A stretch of DNA of 64,000 nucleotides from a bacterium. Its GTDB lineage: Bacteria > UBA8248. Shown here piece by piece: positions 44,251 to 53,585 of this stretch (its first letter is position 1; every line of letters begins with the position of its first letter). Under the pieces are notes generated by a model. That model was given only the letters and a program-made list of their open reading frames with translations. It was not told the origin of the DNA and ran no database searches. The stretch covers positions 1,125,915 through 1,189,914 of the forward strand of contig OZ244799.1 in NCBI GenBank assembly GCA_965219955.1. Direction: 5' to 3'. A program made the translations under genes and the position numbers.

Positions 44251-45660
44251 GCCCACGAGAATGCAAGCGGTTTTTGGGGAGGGTTCGGCGCAAAGCGGTT
44301 CGGCTCAGTCGTATATCCGGCCTCTTCGTTGCGGCGCTTTACTCTGGCCGCGGGCCCGTATGGAGATAGGTGGACCGGGTCCAAATCGCCCTCGTGAGCT
44401 CGGTGGCTCTGGACACGCATCTGGTTTTCCCGATCCCGTCTCGATGACCGTTTGCCCTTACCCTTCCTCCGGCCTGCTCACATTCCTCCCGGCTCTATCC
44501 GTGCGCCCGCCGCTCAGGCGAGGGGCGCCGGCTCCCTGTAGACATCCTTGTTCCGCATCAGCGCCCACGCGATGCGCGCCATCCGGTTCGCCAGCGCCAC
44601 CGCCACCACCTTCCTCGGCTTGCGCGCCAGCATCCGCGCCAGCCACGGACACGGCGGCTTCCGGCGACGCCCCGCCCAGCGTATCTCCGACATCGCGCCC
44701 GATATCAACAGACGCCTCACGTCGCGCTGGCCCATCTTCGACATGCCCCCCAGACGGGGCTTGCCCCCCGTGGAGTGCTGCCGGGGAACCAGACCCAGCC
44801 AGGCCGAGAAGTCACGGCCCCGACGGAAGTTCTCCACCGGCGGCGCGAACGCCCGGATCGCCGACGCCGTAATCGGACCAACACCCGGGATGCTCATCAG
44901 ACGCCGCGCCTCCTCGTCCGCGTATGCGCTCGCCCGGAGCCGTCCGGTCAACTCCCGGACCTTCGCATCGAGGCCGCCAATCTGGGCGAGCAGAATCCCG
45001 CCCAACTCGCGGACCTCCTCGGGCAGGCCCGATTCCGCTCCCCGAACCGCCGCCGCCAGCCGTGTGAGGCCCACGGGCCCTTGCCGCTCGACGACCCCGA
45101 ACTCCGCCAGGTGGCTGCGCAGCGCGTTGCGCGCCTGCGTGCGCTGACCCACCAGCAAATCCCGCGTGCGGTACTCCATCCCACACCCCTGCTGCGCTTC
45201 GCTCTTCACCGCCACGAAGCGCATCGTCGCCCGGGTGGCCGCCTCGCAAATGGCCTCCGCATCCGCCGCGTCGTTCTTGTGGCGCTTCACGTAGGGCTTC
45301 ACGTAGACCGGCGGCATGAGCCGAACCTCATGGCCGAGCTTGCCGACCTCGCGCCCCCAGTAGTGCGCGCTCGCGCACGCCTCCATCGCCACCACGCATC
45401 GAGGCTGCGACGACAGAAACTCCAGCACCTTCGCCCGCGTCAGCTTCTTGCGGAACGCGACCCGCCCGTCCGCCCACGCGCCGTGGAGTTGAAAACTGTG
45501 TTTCGCCAAGTCGACCCCGATGATGTAGACTCCTCCCATGGTCGTCTCCTTCCGGGCGGTGTGTGACGTCGTCTCGCCACATTCTAATCCGCCGGAAGGA
45601 GGCGTCCACCCCATCGCCCAATCGCTCGGACGAAAACACCGAAAGCGGGAGCACACACAG
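44240..45660 (-). mobile_element. IS110-family insertion sequence (boundaries approximate)
   Basis: The transposase CDS is flanked by unique, non-repeat sequence at 44250-44513 and 45540-45659. The right edge abuts a truncated palindromic repeat at 45660-45685. No terminal inverted repeats are expected for this family. Confidence 0.55.
44514..45539 (-). CDS. IS110 family transposase (DEDD recombinase)
   Basis: 'IIGVDLAKHSF', 'VVAMEACASAHYW', 'KNDAADAEAI', and the C-terminal 'MSIPGVGPITASAIRAF' motif. ATG 45539 follows AGGAGA. Confidence 0.9.
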   Translation of the reverse strand: MGGVYIIGVDLAKHSFQLHGAWADGRVAFRKKLTRAKVLEFLSSQPRCVVAMEACASAHYWGREVGKLGHEVRLMPPVYVKPYVKRHKNDAADAEAICEAATRATMRFVAVKSEAQQGCGMEYRTRDLLVGQRTQARNALRSHLAEFGVVERQGPVGLTRLAAAVRGAESGLPEEVRELGGILLAQIGGLDAKVRELTGRLRASAYADEEARRLMSIPGVGPITASAIRAFAPPVENFRRGRDFSAWLGLVPRQHSTGGKPRLGGMSKMGQRDVRRLLISGAMSEIRWAGRRRKPPCPWLARMLARKPRKVVAVALANRMARIAWALMRNKDVYREPAPLA

Positions 45661-45751
45661 TCAGACATATATGTCTAACCCCTACGCCGAACCACTCAAT
45701 TGGGGCTTTTACAACACCTCCCCCTATGCCGCCTGGGAAAATCTTTACCGG

Positions 45752-46501
45752 CTAGGCCAGAAAGAACCCGCCGTTCACGTCGATGGTGACGCCGGTGACG
45801 TGGCGCGCGTCTTCTGAGGCGAGGAAGGCGACGACGCCCGCGATATCCTCAGGGCTGCCGATGCGCCCCAGGGGCGTGGCGCCTTCGGTCCTTTTTCGTT
45901 GCTCATCGCTCATTTGTTCGAGGATGCGGTCGGTGCCGATGACGCCCGGCGCGACCGCGTTCACGTTGATGTTGTGGGGGCCGAACTCGCGCGCCAGGTG
46001 GCGCGTGAGGCCGATGACGGCGGCCTTGGCGCTCGAATAGTGCGGCCCCTGGAGCACGCTGGCCGAGCGGCCCGCGACGGAGGAGAAATTGACGATCTTG
46101 CCGCCCCTTCGCTCCTGCATGTGGGGCAGCACCGCCCAGCAGGCGCGATAGGTCGTTTTCACGTTCATGTCGAACATCCTGTCGAAGGCCTCTTCGTCGA
46201 TTTCCAGCGCCGTCCGGGGCAGGCCGGCCCCGACGCAGTTGACGAGGCCGTCGATGCGCCCGTGCGCCGAAATCGTATCCGTGAAAACTTTTTTCACGTT
46301 TTCCGAGTCGAGCGCGTTGTAAGCCACGGCGCTCGCGTCGCCGACGCCTCCTGCCTTGACGAGACTGACGGTTTCTTCGCGTGATTCGGCGATGTCCATG
46401 CAGACGACGTGCGCGCCCTCGCGCGCGAGCCTGAGCGCGCTCGCCCGTCCGATGCCCCCGCCCGCGCCCGTGATGATGATGGTCTTGTTCTCGAAACGCA
46501 T
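45752..46501 (-). CDS. SDR family oxidoreductase
   Basis: 'IIITGAGGGIGRA', 'YSSAKAAVIGLTRHLA', 'NAVAPGVIGT'. ATG 46501 follows AAGGAGG. The upstream 111 codons of the track ORF are non-coding. Confidence 0.88.
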   Translation of the reverse strand: MRFENKTIIITGAGGGIGRASALRLAREGAHVVCMDIAESREETVSLVKAGGVGDASAVAYNALDSENVKKVFTDTISAHGRIDGLVNCVGAGLPRTALEIDEEAFDRMFDMNVKTTYRACWAVLPHMQERRGGKIVNFSSVAGRSASVLQGPHYSSAKAAVIGLTRHLAREFGPHNINVNAVAPGVIGTDRILEQMSDEQRKRTEGATPLGRIGSPEDIAGVVAFLASEDARHVTGVTIDVNGGFFLA

Positions 46502-46692
46502 GCCTTTCCTCCTTTGGGTGATGCCGCATCCTAGCCCAGGTCGGAAAAAATGTCGCCCAAGTGTGGAGCGCTTCTCAGTCTGCGAAGAAGATGGTAATTT
46601 GCTCGTTCCATTCAACTGGAAACCCGCCCGAGGAGAAAGGTTGAAGGAAAATGAACGCACAAGGTCAGAAAGAAGATGAAGGGTAAAGTAAA

Positions 46693-47730
46693 ATGAAGTT
46701 CTCGATTTTTTACGTGATTTGCCCCGAGGGGGGCGAATCGGAAGCCGACGCCTACCAGAAGGTGATGGAGCAATGCCAGGCGGCGGATGAACTCGGCTAC
46801 CATTGCGCGTGGTTCGCGGAGCATCATTTCTCAAAGGTGGGCATGTGCCCGGACCCTTTGCTCTGGTGCGCCGCGCTGGCGCAGAAGACGAAGAACATCC
46901 GCCTCGGCACGGCGATATCGATCATGCCGTTCCACAACCCTGTGCGCCTGGCCGAGCAGGCGGCGGTGGTCGATTTGCTGAGCGGCGGGCGGCTCGAACT
47001 CGGCGTGGGCCGGGGTTCCCAGCCCAAGGAGTTCAAGACGTTCGGCGCAAGGCCTTCCGAGAGCAGAAGGCGGCTCGTCGAGGGCATGGAGATCGTCTCG
47101 AGGCTCCTGGAAGGCGAGCAGGTGACCTTCGAGGGCGAGTTCTACCGCTGCAAGGACGTTGAAATCTTCCCAAAACCCCTCCAGAAGCCGAGGCCGCCCA
47201 TCTGGCTGGCGGGCACGAGCCCCGAGACCTACACCTACGCGGGCGAGAACGGCTTCAAGATCATGGCTTCGGCCGGCTTCAAGGGACCCCAGGTCTACCG
47301 CGACAAGATGAAGCTCTACGAGGAAGCCGTGGCGGCGGCGGGCGGCGACCTGTCCGATATCGACTACACCATGACGCACCGCTTCTACGTCTGCGAGGAG
47401 GGCGAGCAGGCCGACTACCTCGAAAACTTCGAACGTGGACTGTCTTCCTACCTCGAATACCGCGCCCGGGTGAACGAGGTGGAGTTCACGGACGAGGAGG
47501 GAAGGCACCTCCAGCGCAACTGGAGCTACAAGCTCGACGTGCGCGAGTTCCTGAACGGCGGCGGCGTCATCGGCTCCGCGGAGGAGAACATTCAGGAGCT
47601 TTATCGCTTGAGGGATGATTTCGGGCTGAACCACGTGATTCTCGGCGTTTACGGCGACGGGATGAAGCACGAGGATTCTCTCAAGCTCCTTGAGAGATTC
47701 GCCAAAGAGGTCGCGCCCGCGATGGCCTGA
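46693..47730 (+). CDS. LLM-class flavin-dependent oxidoreductase (luciferase-like monooxygenase)
   Basis: 'LGYHCAWFAEHHF', 'IRLGTAISIMPFHNPVRLAEQAAVVDLLSGGRLELGVGRG'. Confidence 0.88.
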   Translation: MKFSIFYVICPEGGESEADAYQKVMEQCQAADELGYHCAWFAEHHFSKVGMCPDPLLWCAALAQKTKNIRLGTAISIMPFHNPVRLAEQAAVVDLLSGGRLELGVGRGSQPKEFKTFGARPSESRRRLVEGMEIVSRLLEGEQVTFEGEFYRCKDVEIFPKPLQKPRPPIWLAGTSPETYTYAGENGFKIMASAGFKGPQVYRDKMKLYEEAVAAAGGDLSDIDYTMTHRFYVCEEGEQADYLENFERGLSSYLEYRARVNEVEFTDEEGRHLQRNWSYKLDVREFLNGGGVIGSAEENIQELYRLRDDFGLNHVILGVYGDGMKHEDSLKLLERFAKEVAPAMA

Positions 47731-47789
47731 CGCGCCGCTCACCCGGTGCGGCCACCCCTCGCGCGCGCAAGGCCGGGGAGGGTATCCGC

Positions 47790-48215
47790 ATGACATACGT
47801 GTTCGATTGGGACGACGGCGAAAAGATCGAGATGGTCGATATAGAACTGCCCCGGGGCTGGCGCATCCTCATCGACCCCCGGAACACGAACTCCCGAATG
47901 CTCAGCATGGGGAATCAGGACATCCCCGTCGGCGGCGGCATCCCCGTCCATCTCCATGAGAAAGAAGAGGAAATCCTCTTCTTCCACGAGGGCGAAGCCG
48001 AGGTGGAGGTGGACGGCGAGGTTTATCAGGTCAAGGCGGGCATGACCGCCTTTCTGCCCGTGGGCGTGGAGCACGGCCTGAGGAACACCGGCGACGTTCC
48101 CCTGAAACTCCTGTGGATGTTCTCACCGCCGGGATACGAAGAGATCTTCCGCCACATGGCGAACATCGACACGGACCACGGCAAGTACGAAGAACTGCAC
48201 CCGAGGGAGATGTAG
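47790..48215 (+). CDS. Cupin domain protein
   Basis: 'GIPVHLHEKEEEILFFHEGEAEVEVDGEVYQVKAGMTAFLPVGVEHGLRNTG' carries the two-motif cupin signature. Confidence 0.85.
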   Translation: MTYVFDWDDGEKIEMVDIELPRGWRILIDPRNTNSRMLSMGNQDIPVGGGIPVHLHEKEEEILFFHEGEAEVEVDGEVYQVKAGMTAFLPVGVEHGLRNTGDVPLKLLWMFSPPGYEEIFRHMANIDTDHGKYEELHPREM

Positions 48216-48289
48216 GCGCGCGCGCGGAATCCCGCGCGGTCCCAAGGAAATCCCCAAGCGCCCATCCCGCGCGGACCCGAAGAAACCCT

Positions 48290-48640
48290 TAAGCGTAAGC
48301 GCCCATCCCGCGCGCAGGCCCCAGCGAATCCTCATCCCGAGTAGGCGCGCTTGCGCGCCGTATCGAGGGACGCACGCCCACAACAAGTTCAGGCCAAGTC
48401 CTTCGATACAAACGCTCCTTTCTCAGTCGCGTTTTACCTTCGGCGGCCACTCAGGGTGAGGGGTGTCGGGCAATAGCGAAGCCTGCCCCGAGCGAAGTCG
48501 AGGGGCCGCTACTCGGGGTGAAGGAGTGTTGTCCAGGGCGTAGGGGAGATTTCCTCGCTCCGGAGGGAACGCTCCAATGAATCGCCGGGCAGGCCCGGTG
48601 CCTGTCCCTGCCAGGGCGAGGACGGGGATGAGGGTGTGCA
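48290..48640. repeat. Intergenic mosaic repeat block
   Basis: 'cctcatcccgagtaggcgcgcttgcgcgccgtatcgaggg' ... 'cggcggccactcagggtgagg', 'gccccgagcgaagtcgagggg', and 'ggcaggcccggtgcctgtccctgcc'. Confidence 0.8.
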
Positions 48641-48644
48641 GGTT

Positions 48645-49019
48645 CTACTTCCCGGGTTCCTTCAAATCAATCTTCTCGATCCAGTAATACTGCGAGAGCG
48701 TCCTCAGGCCCGACGGCGTGACGGAGACGAGCTCAGCCGTGGAGCCCTTGACGCCGCGCATGCTGCCGAGGTTCTGGTAGATGCGGATGTGGAACTCCTC
48801 GGGCGGGAACTTCGCCGTGACGAGCAGGGCGAGCCTCGCGGGACCAGTCGCCAGGTGCGCCTTGAGTGCCGGCGTCAAGCGCGAGGGCGCCGTCGCGTAG
48901 CCGTATCCGTAATAGAGGGCGAACAGAAACGCCGCGGCGGCGAGGAACCGCACGGTGGGGTGCTGCGTCCAGCGGCGCTCGCTCTGGTCGCTCCCGGGAG
49001 TAGGTGTCGAGGCGTCCAT
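48645..49019 (-). CDS. Hypothetical single-pass membrane protein (last gene of the ABC operon)
   Basis: 124 aa with one TM helix ('VRFLAAAAFLFALYYGYGY'). 3 bp downstream of the permease gene. No family recognised. Confidence 0.5.
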   Translation of the reverse strand: MDASTPTPGSDQSERRWTQHPTVRFLAAAAFLFALYYGYGYATAPSRLTPALKAHLATGPARLALLVTAKFPPEEFHIRIYQNLGSMRGVKGSTAELVSVTPSGLRTLSQYYWIEKIDLKEPGK

Positions 49020-49022
49020 CTT

Positions 49023-49883
49023 CTAGTCAGGCCTCCAGACCATGCCCCACCTCTGGATGGTCCATCTCTCCAGCGGGATAAGAAGCAACCTGTCCGTGAT
49101 CATCCACATGATGGCGATGACGAGCACGCCCAGGAACACCTCTTCAATCTTGTATTCGGCGGCGGAGACGAAGATCATGAAGCCCAGGCCGCTGTCGCCG
49201 CCTATCATCTCGGCTGCGATCAGCGCGCGCCAGCCGAAGCCCATGCTCATGCGCACGCCCGTGACGATGCTGGGCAGCGCGCCGGGGATATAGACCTGGG
49301 TGATGATGGCCCATCTGTTGCCGCCCATCGTCAGGACGGAGTTTTCATACACCCGAGGTACGCCCCGCACGCCCAGGAGCGTGTTGAAGAAGATGAGCCA
49401 GAACACGGTGTTCAGCAGGATGAAGAGCGTCGTGAGCCAGCCGGTGCCGAACCACACGATGGCCAGCGGCACCCAGGCGATGCCCGATATGGCGTTCGCG
49501 AACACGCCGATGGGCTCGAGCGCATGGGCGAAGCGGCGGCTCATGCCTGCCAGCACGCCCAGGGCGATGCCCGAGGGAATGCCGATGACGAGGCTCAGTC
49601 CCACGCGGCCCAGGCTCGAGAGGATGTGGTTCGTGAACAGGCACTCGTACTGCATCGTGAGGGCGGCGCTCGCGCCCGCGCAGCCTTCCGAGAGCGTGTA
49701 AACCGCCTCCCAGATGGTTCCGATGGGCGGAATGTACACCGGCGGGAGCCATTCCATCGAGGTGTTCATCTGCCACATGACGAGCAGGACGGCGAAGGGG
49801 ATGCTTCCCAGCAATATCTTCCGCAGCCTCTGGCGGCCGAAGCGCTTCTGTAGGCCGATGGACGCCGCCTGGAGTACGCTCAT
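49023..49883 (-). CDS. ABC transporter permease (NitT/TauT family)
   Basis: BPD-type permease with 'ALIAAEMIGGDSGLGFMI'. Start at 49883 gives an ATGA overlap with the upstream permease. Confidence 0.85.
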   Translation of the reverse strand: MSVLQAASIGLQKRFGRQRLRKILLGSIPFAVLLVMWQMNTSMEWLPPVYIPPIGTIWEAVYTLSEGCAGASAALTMQYECLFTNHILSSLGRVGLSLVIGIPSGIALGVLAGMSRRFAHALEPIGVFANAISGIAWVPLAIVWFGTGWLTTLFILLNTVFWLIFFNTLLGVRGVPRVYENSVLTMGGNRWAIITQVYIPGALPSIVTGVRMSMGFGWRALIAAEMIGGDSGLGFMIFVSAAEYKIEEVFLGVLVIAIMWMITDRLLLIPLERWTIQRWGMVWRPD

Positions 49884-50704
49884 CGCTGTACGAGCCCCCA
49901 CCGCTGGATGGTGTCCGCCTCGATGGGGCGCAGGGCGAAGCGGTCGATCATGATCCAGATGACGCCGATCATCACCATGCCGAGGATGACCTGGGCGGTG
50001 AGGTCCGCGTCCTGTGAGGTGAAGATCATCCAGCCCAGGCCGCGCCTGCCCGCGAGCATCTCGCCCGCGATGACGGCCCGCCAGGCGTAGCCGATGCCCA
50101 GCCGGGCGCCTGTGGCGATGTGGGGCATGGCGCTCGGGATCAACACGTCCTTCACGATCCTGAGCCTTGAGGCTCCCAGCGTTCGCAGGGCGTTCACGAG
50201 TATCATCGGGGTGCTGCGCACGCCCGTCAGAACGTTAAAAGCTATCGGGAAAAAGCAGGTGTAGAGGATGACGACGAAGACCGTCTTCTCGCTGTTGCCC
50301 CACCAGACGACGATGATGGGAAGGATGGCGATGCCCGATATGGACTGAAAGAAGTTCATGATGGGGTAGAACATGTCCGAGACGGTGCGGTTCAGCCCCA
50401 GGGCGATGCCGAAGGGGATGCCGAGCAACAGGCCGATGGCGCTGCCGATGACGAGCCGCCACAGCGTCTGGCCGATGTAGTTGGGCAACAAACCCTTCCA
50501 GATGACGTCGTAGGAAGACAGGACGACCGAGACGGGCGAGGGCAGGTAGCGGCTCGGGTTGGGGATGTTCTGCGAGATGACGCTCCACAGGACGAGAATC
50601 CCCGCGATGAGGAGCACGAGTTCGATACCGCCGCCCCGGATGAAACTCCTCCACCTTCTTGAACGCGCTTTTCCCCTAGGAACCGCCCCGCTACTCCTCG
50701 TCAT
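49880..50704 (-). CDS. ABC transporter permease (NitT/TauT family)
   Basis: 'AVIAGEMLAGRRGLGWMIF' EAA-like loop. ATG 50704 overlaps the ATPase stop by 14 bp. Confidence 0.85.
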   Translation of the reverse strand: MTRSSGAVPRGKARSRRWRSFIRGGGIELVLLIAGILVLWSVISQNIPNPSRYLPSPVSVVLSSYDVIWKGLLPNYIGQTLWRLVIGSAIGLLLGIPFGIALGLNRTVSDMFYPIMNFFQSISGIAILPIIVVWWGNSEKTVFVVILYTCFFPIAFNVLTGVRSTPMILVNALRTLGASRLRIVKDVLIPSAMPHIATGARLGIGYAWRAVIAGEMLAGRRGLGWMIFTSQDADLTAQVILGMVMIGVIWIMIDRFALRPIEADTIQRWGLVQR

Positions 50705-51479
50705 CGAACACCTCCTCGCGCACGAGGCGGAGAATTTCATCGCGCGGGTCGGTGTAGGCCTTCTCGGAGAGCAGGTCCTTCCAGATGCGGTTTTCGCGCG
50801 GCACGTTGATCTTGACGGTGGCCTTGAGCTTCCCCGGACGGCGCGAGAAGATGAAGCACCTGTCACCGAGGAAAGCGGCCTCATCCACGTTGTGCGTGAT
50901 GAAGAGAATCGTCTTCTTCGTCGCGATGGCGATGCGGTTCAGCTCTTCCTGCAGGGTGATTCTCGTCTGGGCGTCCACGGCGGCGAAGGGCTCGTCCATC
51001 AGCATCACGACGGGGTTCGCGCAAAGCGTCCGCGCGAGGGCGCAGCGCTGCTTCATGCCGCCCGAGAGCTCGTGCGGGTAACGGTCCTCGAAACCCGAGA
51101 GGCCGACCAGGTCGACGAACTCCTGCACCCTCTGTTCCCGCTCGCTCCTGGCGACGCCCTGAATCTCCAGGCCGTGGCCGATGTTCCTCGCCACCGTGCG
51201 CCAGGGGAGGATGGCGTGTTCCTGGAACACCACGCCCCGGTCCGGCCCCGGCCCCCCCACCTCCTTGCCGTCCACCTGCACGCTGCCCTCGGTGTGGGGG
51301 AGAAGGCCCGCCAGGATGTTCAAGAGCGTGGTCTTGCCGCAGCCGCTCGGGCCGACGACGGCGGAGAACTCGCCGTCTTCCACGGAGAGGCTCACCCGAT
51401 CCAGCGCGTGCACGTCCTCGCCCGTGTATTCGTCCGGATAATGGTGCGATAGTCCCTCGACGACCAGTTTCGCAGGCAT
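50691..51479 (-). CDS. ABC transporter ATP-binding protein (NitT/TauT family)
   Basis: Walker A 'GPSGCGKTT', signature 'LSGGMKQRCALAR', Walker B 'VVMLMDEPF'. Confidence 0.92.
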   Translation of the reverse strand: MPAKLVVEGLSHHYPDEYTGEDVHALDRVSLSVEDGEFSAVVGPSGCGKTTLLNILAGLLPHTEGSVQVDGKEVGGPGPDRGVVFQEHAILPWRTVARNIGHGLEIQGVARSEREQRVQEFVDLVGLSGFEDRYPHELSGGMKQRCALARTLCANPVVMLMDEPFAAVDAQTRITLQEELNRIAIATKKTILFITHNVDEAAFLGDRCFIFSRRPGKLKATVKINVPRENRIWKDLLSEKAYTDPRDEILRLVREEVFDDEE

Positions 51480-51553
51480 GCGTATCCGTTCCTTTCCAAG
51501 CGCAATCCGCGCCCCGGCGAGACGTGCGGGGCGCGGATGTCAGGCGGCTTCGA

Positions 51554-52570
51554 CTATTTGAGGTCCTTGAACCACTCGGGGTGTTCCTTCATGGTCCGGT
51601 TGATGAACTGGAAGTCGAAGTACTTTTTGGGGTCGTAGGGACGCTTCATCTTCTTCTGGGCGATGAGCTGCTTCACCGAGAAGTTGAAGGCCTTGAGCGT
51701 GTTCTCGCCCAGGCGCGTGTCATACGTCCACCACTTGATGGTGCGCTTGATGAGGGCGGCGTCCATGCCGCGGACGTAACGCGCGCCGATTTTCGAGATC
51801 TCGTCGATGTTCTTGGGGTCGCGCACGTAGGCGGCCGCCTCGGACATGCCGTTCACGAACGCCTGGGTCGCCTTCTTGTCCTTGTAGACGCGCTCGGGCA
51901 CACCGTGCATGCCCGCGCAGAAGCACACGTAGTCGCCGCCGCGCGACACGATGGAGGAACCCTTCACCTTGTCGACCATGCGGGTGAGGTAGGGCTCCCA
52001 CGCCACCATGGCGTCCACGCCGCCCGAATCGAACAGCGAGACGAGGCTCGGCGGACGCACGTTGATGCGGCGCACGCCGCCCACGCCGATGCCGTTTCTC
52101 TCCAGCAGGGTGCGGAGGTAGAGGTCGCCGGTGGAGCCGAAGGTGGCGCCGATCTTCTTGCCCTTCAAATCCTTGATGCTCTTGATGCCCTTTCCGGGGC
52201 GCACGGCGATACCCACCATCTCGTCCGTGGTGGATTTCTTGTAGGAGCCGCCGACGTAGCCCACGACGCCGCGCACCTTGATGCCGCGCTCGAGCGCCGC
52301 CGGCAGGTTGGTGAACGCGGCGGGAGCGAAGTCGATCTGTCCGGCCTTCAAGGATTTGGTGAGCTGGGCGCCCGTGTTGCGCACGACGACTTTCCCGTCC
52401 AGCCCGTTCTTGGCGAAAAAGCCCTTGTCGACGCCGACGAAGACGATCATGCCGCCGGTGTTGCTGGCGGCGCCGAGCTTGAGCGTGGGCGCCGCCGAGG
52501 CGACCCCCGCCGCCGAGAGCGCGAAAGCAAACGCGACGGCCAGTGTGATACTGGTGAAATACCTCTTCAT
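51554..52570 (-). CDS. ABC transporter substrate-binding protein (NMT1/THI5-like, sulfonate/nitrate/taurine type)
   Basis: Signal peptide 'MKRYFTSITLAVAFAFALSAAGVASA'. 'GAQLTKSLKAGQIDFAPAAF'. ATG 52570 follows GGAGG. Confidence 0.8.
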   Translation of the reverse strand: MKRYFTSITLAVAFAFALSAAGVASAAPTLKLGAASNTGGMIVFVGVDKGFFAKNGLDGKVVVRNTGAQLTKSLKAGQIDFAPAAFTNLPAALERGIKVRGVVGYVGGSYKKSTTDEMVGIAVRPGKGIKSIKDLKGKKIGATFGSTGDLYLRTLLERNGIGVGGVRRINVRPPSLVSLFDSGGVDAMVAWEPYLTRMVDKVKGSSIVSRGGDYVCFCAGMHGVPERVYKDKKATQAFVNGMSEAAAYVRDPKNIDEISKIGARYVRGMDAALIKRTIKWWTYDTRLGENTLKAFNFSVKQLIAQKKMKRPYDPKKYFDFQFINRTMKEHPEWFKDLK

Positions 52571-52736
52571 TGCTAGCCTCCAATAATGCGAGATGAATAG
52601 AAGCGGCCACATCCGGAAGATGTCGTGGCCGTGAACGTATGATGACGAAAATTCGTATCGAATCATGGCATTGTTGAGGAAGAGCACCCGGGACGCAAGC
52701 GCCCGCGCACCCTCCGGAATCCGTGCATCCTTCGCG

Positions 52737-53573
52737 CTATTGCGCCTGCACGATGGGCGTGTCGTCGCGGTTGCCCCATTCCTTCCAGGAGCTCATGTAG
52801 TTTTTTACCCTGGGGTAGTCCAGGAGCCGCAGGGCGAAGTAACCGTGCGCCGCACGGTAGCCCGTCTGTCAGTAGGCGGTCACTTCTTTTTCGGGCGTGA
52901 CGCCGATGGCCTCGAACTGCGCGCGAAGCTCATCGGCTGGCTTCATCTCGCCCTCGGGCGTCAGGTGCTGGAGCCACTCCTGCCAGACCGCGCCGGGGAT
53001 GATGCCGCTGCGCCTGGCGCGCGTGCTGCGCCCCTCCCACTCCTCAACCGAGCGGGTGTCGAGCAGCATGTGGTTGTCGTCCTCGATGGCCGCCAGAACG
53101 TCCTCGCGCGTGGCGAGTCGGCCCGGCTCGAACGCCATCTCGAATGCGGTGGCCTTGGGCACTTCGGCGTCGCGCGTCGTCTCGTAGCCCGCCCGCTCCC
53201 AGGCGCGGTAGCCGCCGTCGAGCACGTGGACGTCCTTGTGGCCGAAAAGCTCCAGCATCCAGAAGCCGCGCACGCTCGTGTTGCCGACGAAGTCGTCGTA
53301 GAAGACGATGGTGTTCTCGAACGACACCCCGCGGTTCCCCAGCAGAAACGCCCACATGGCGAAGAAATTCCTCAAGGGCGCCTCGTCCGAATCGTCGCTG
53401 TTCACGCCGTAGACGTCGAAGTGCCGCGCGCCGGGGATGTGGCCCATCGTGTAGCGCTCGCCGGGGCGCGTGTCGATGATTCTTAAACCAGGGTCGTCCA
53501 TGCGTGTTTTAAGTTGTTCGGCCGACCAGAGCAGGCCGGGGTTCGCATACCCTTTCGGGTTGTCGCTCGTCAT
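52737..53573 (-). CDS. Two-domain rhodanese-like sulfurtransferase with in-frame TGA (candidate selenocysteine) at the active-site Cys position (codon 52869-52871)
   Basis: Track ORF 52869-53573 ends '...PEKEVTAY' at TGA. The same frame continues 'QTGYRAAHGYFALRLLDYPRVKNYMSSWKEWGNRDDTPIVQAQ' to TAG at 52737. This gives the rhodanese loop Y-[C/U]-Q-T-G-Y-R-A and a normal 278-aa length. Confidence 0.75.
52842..52858 (-). promoter_or_regulatory. Candidate bacterial SECIS hairpin (ACCGUGC-GGC-GCACGGU)
   Basis: Perfect 7-bp stem with a GGC apical loop. The stem starts 10 nt after the UGA, and the loop G residues sit at positions 21-22 counted from the U of UGA. Confidence 0.5.
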
Positions 53574-53585
53574 GGTGTTCTCCTC

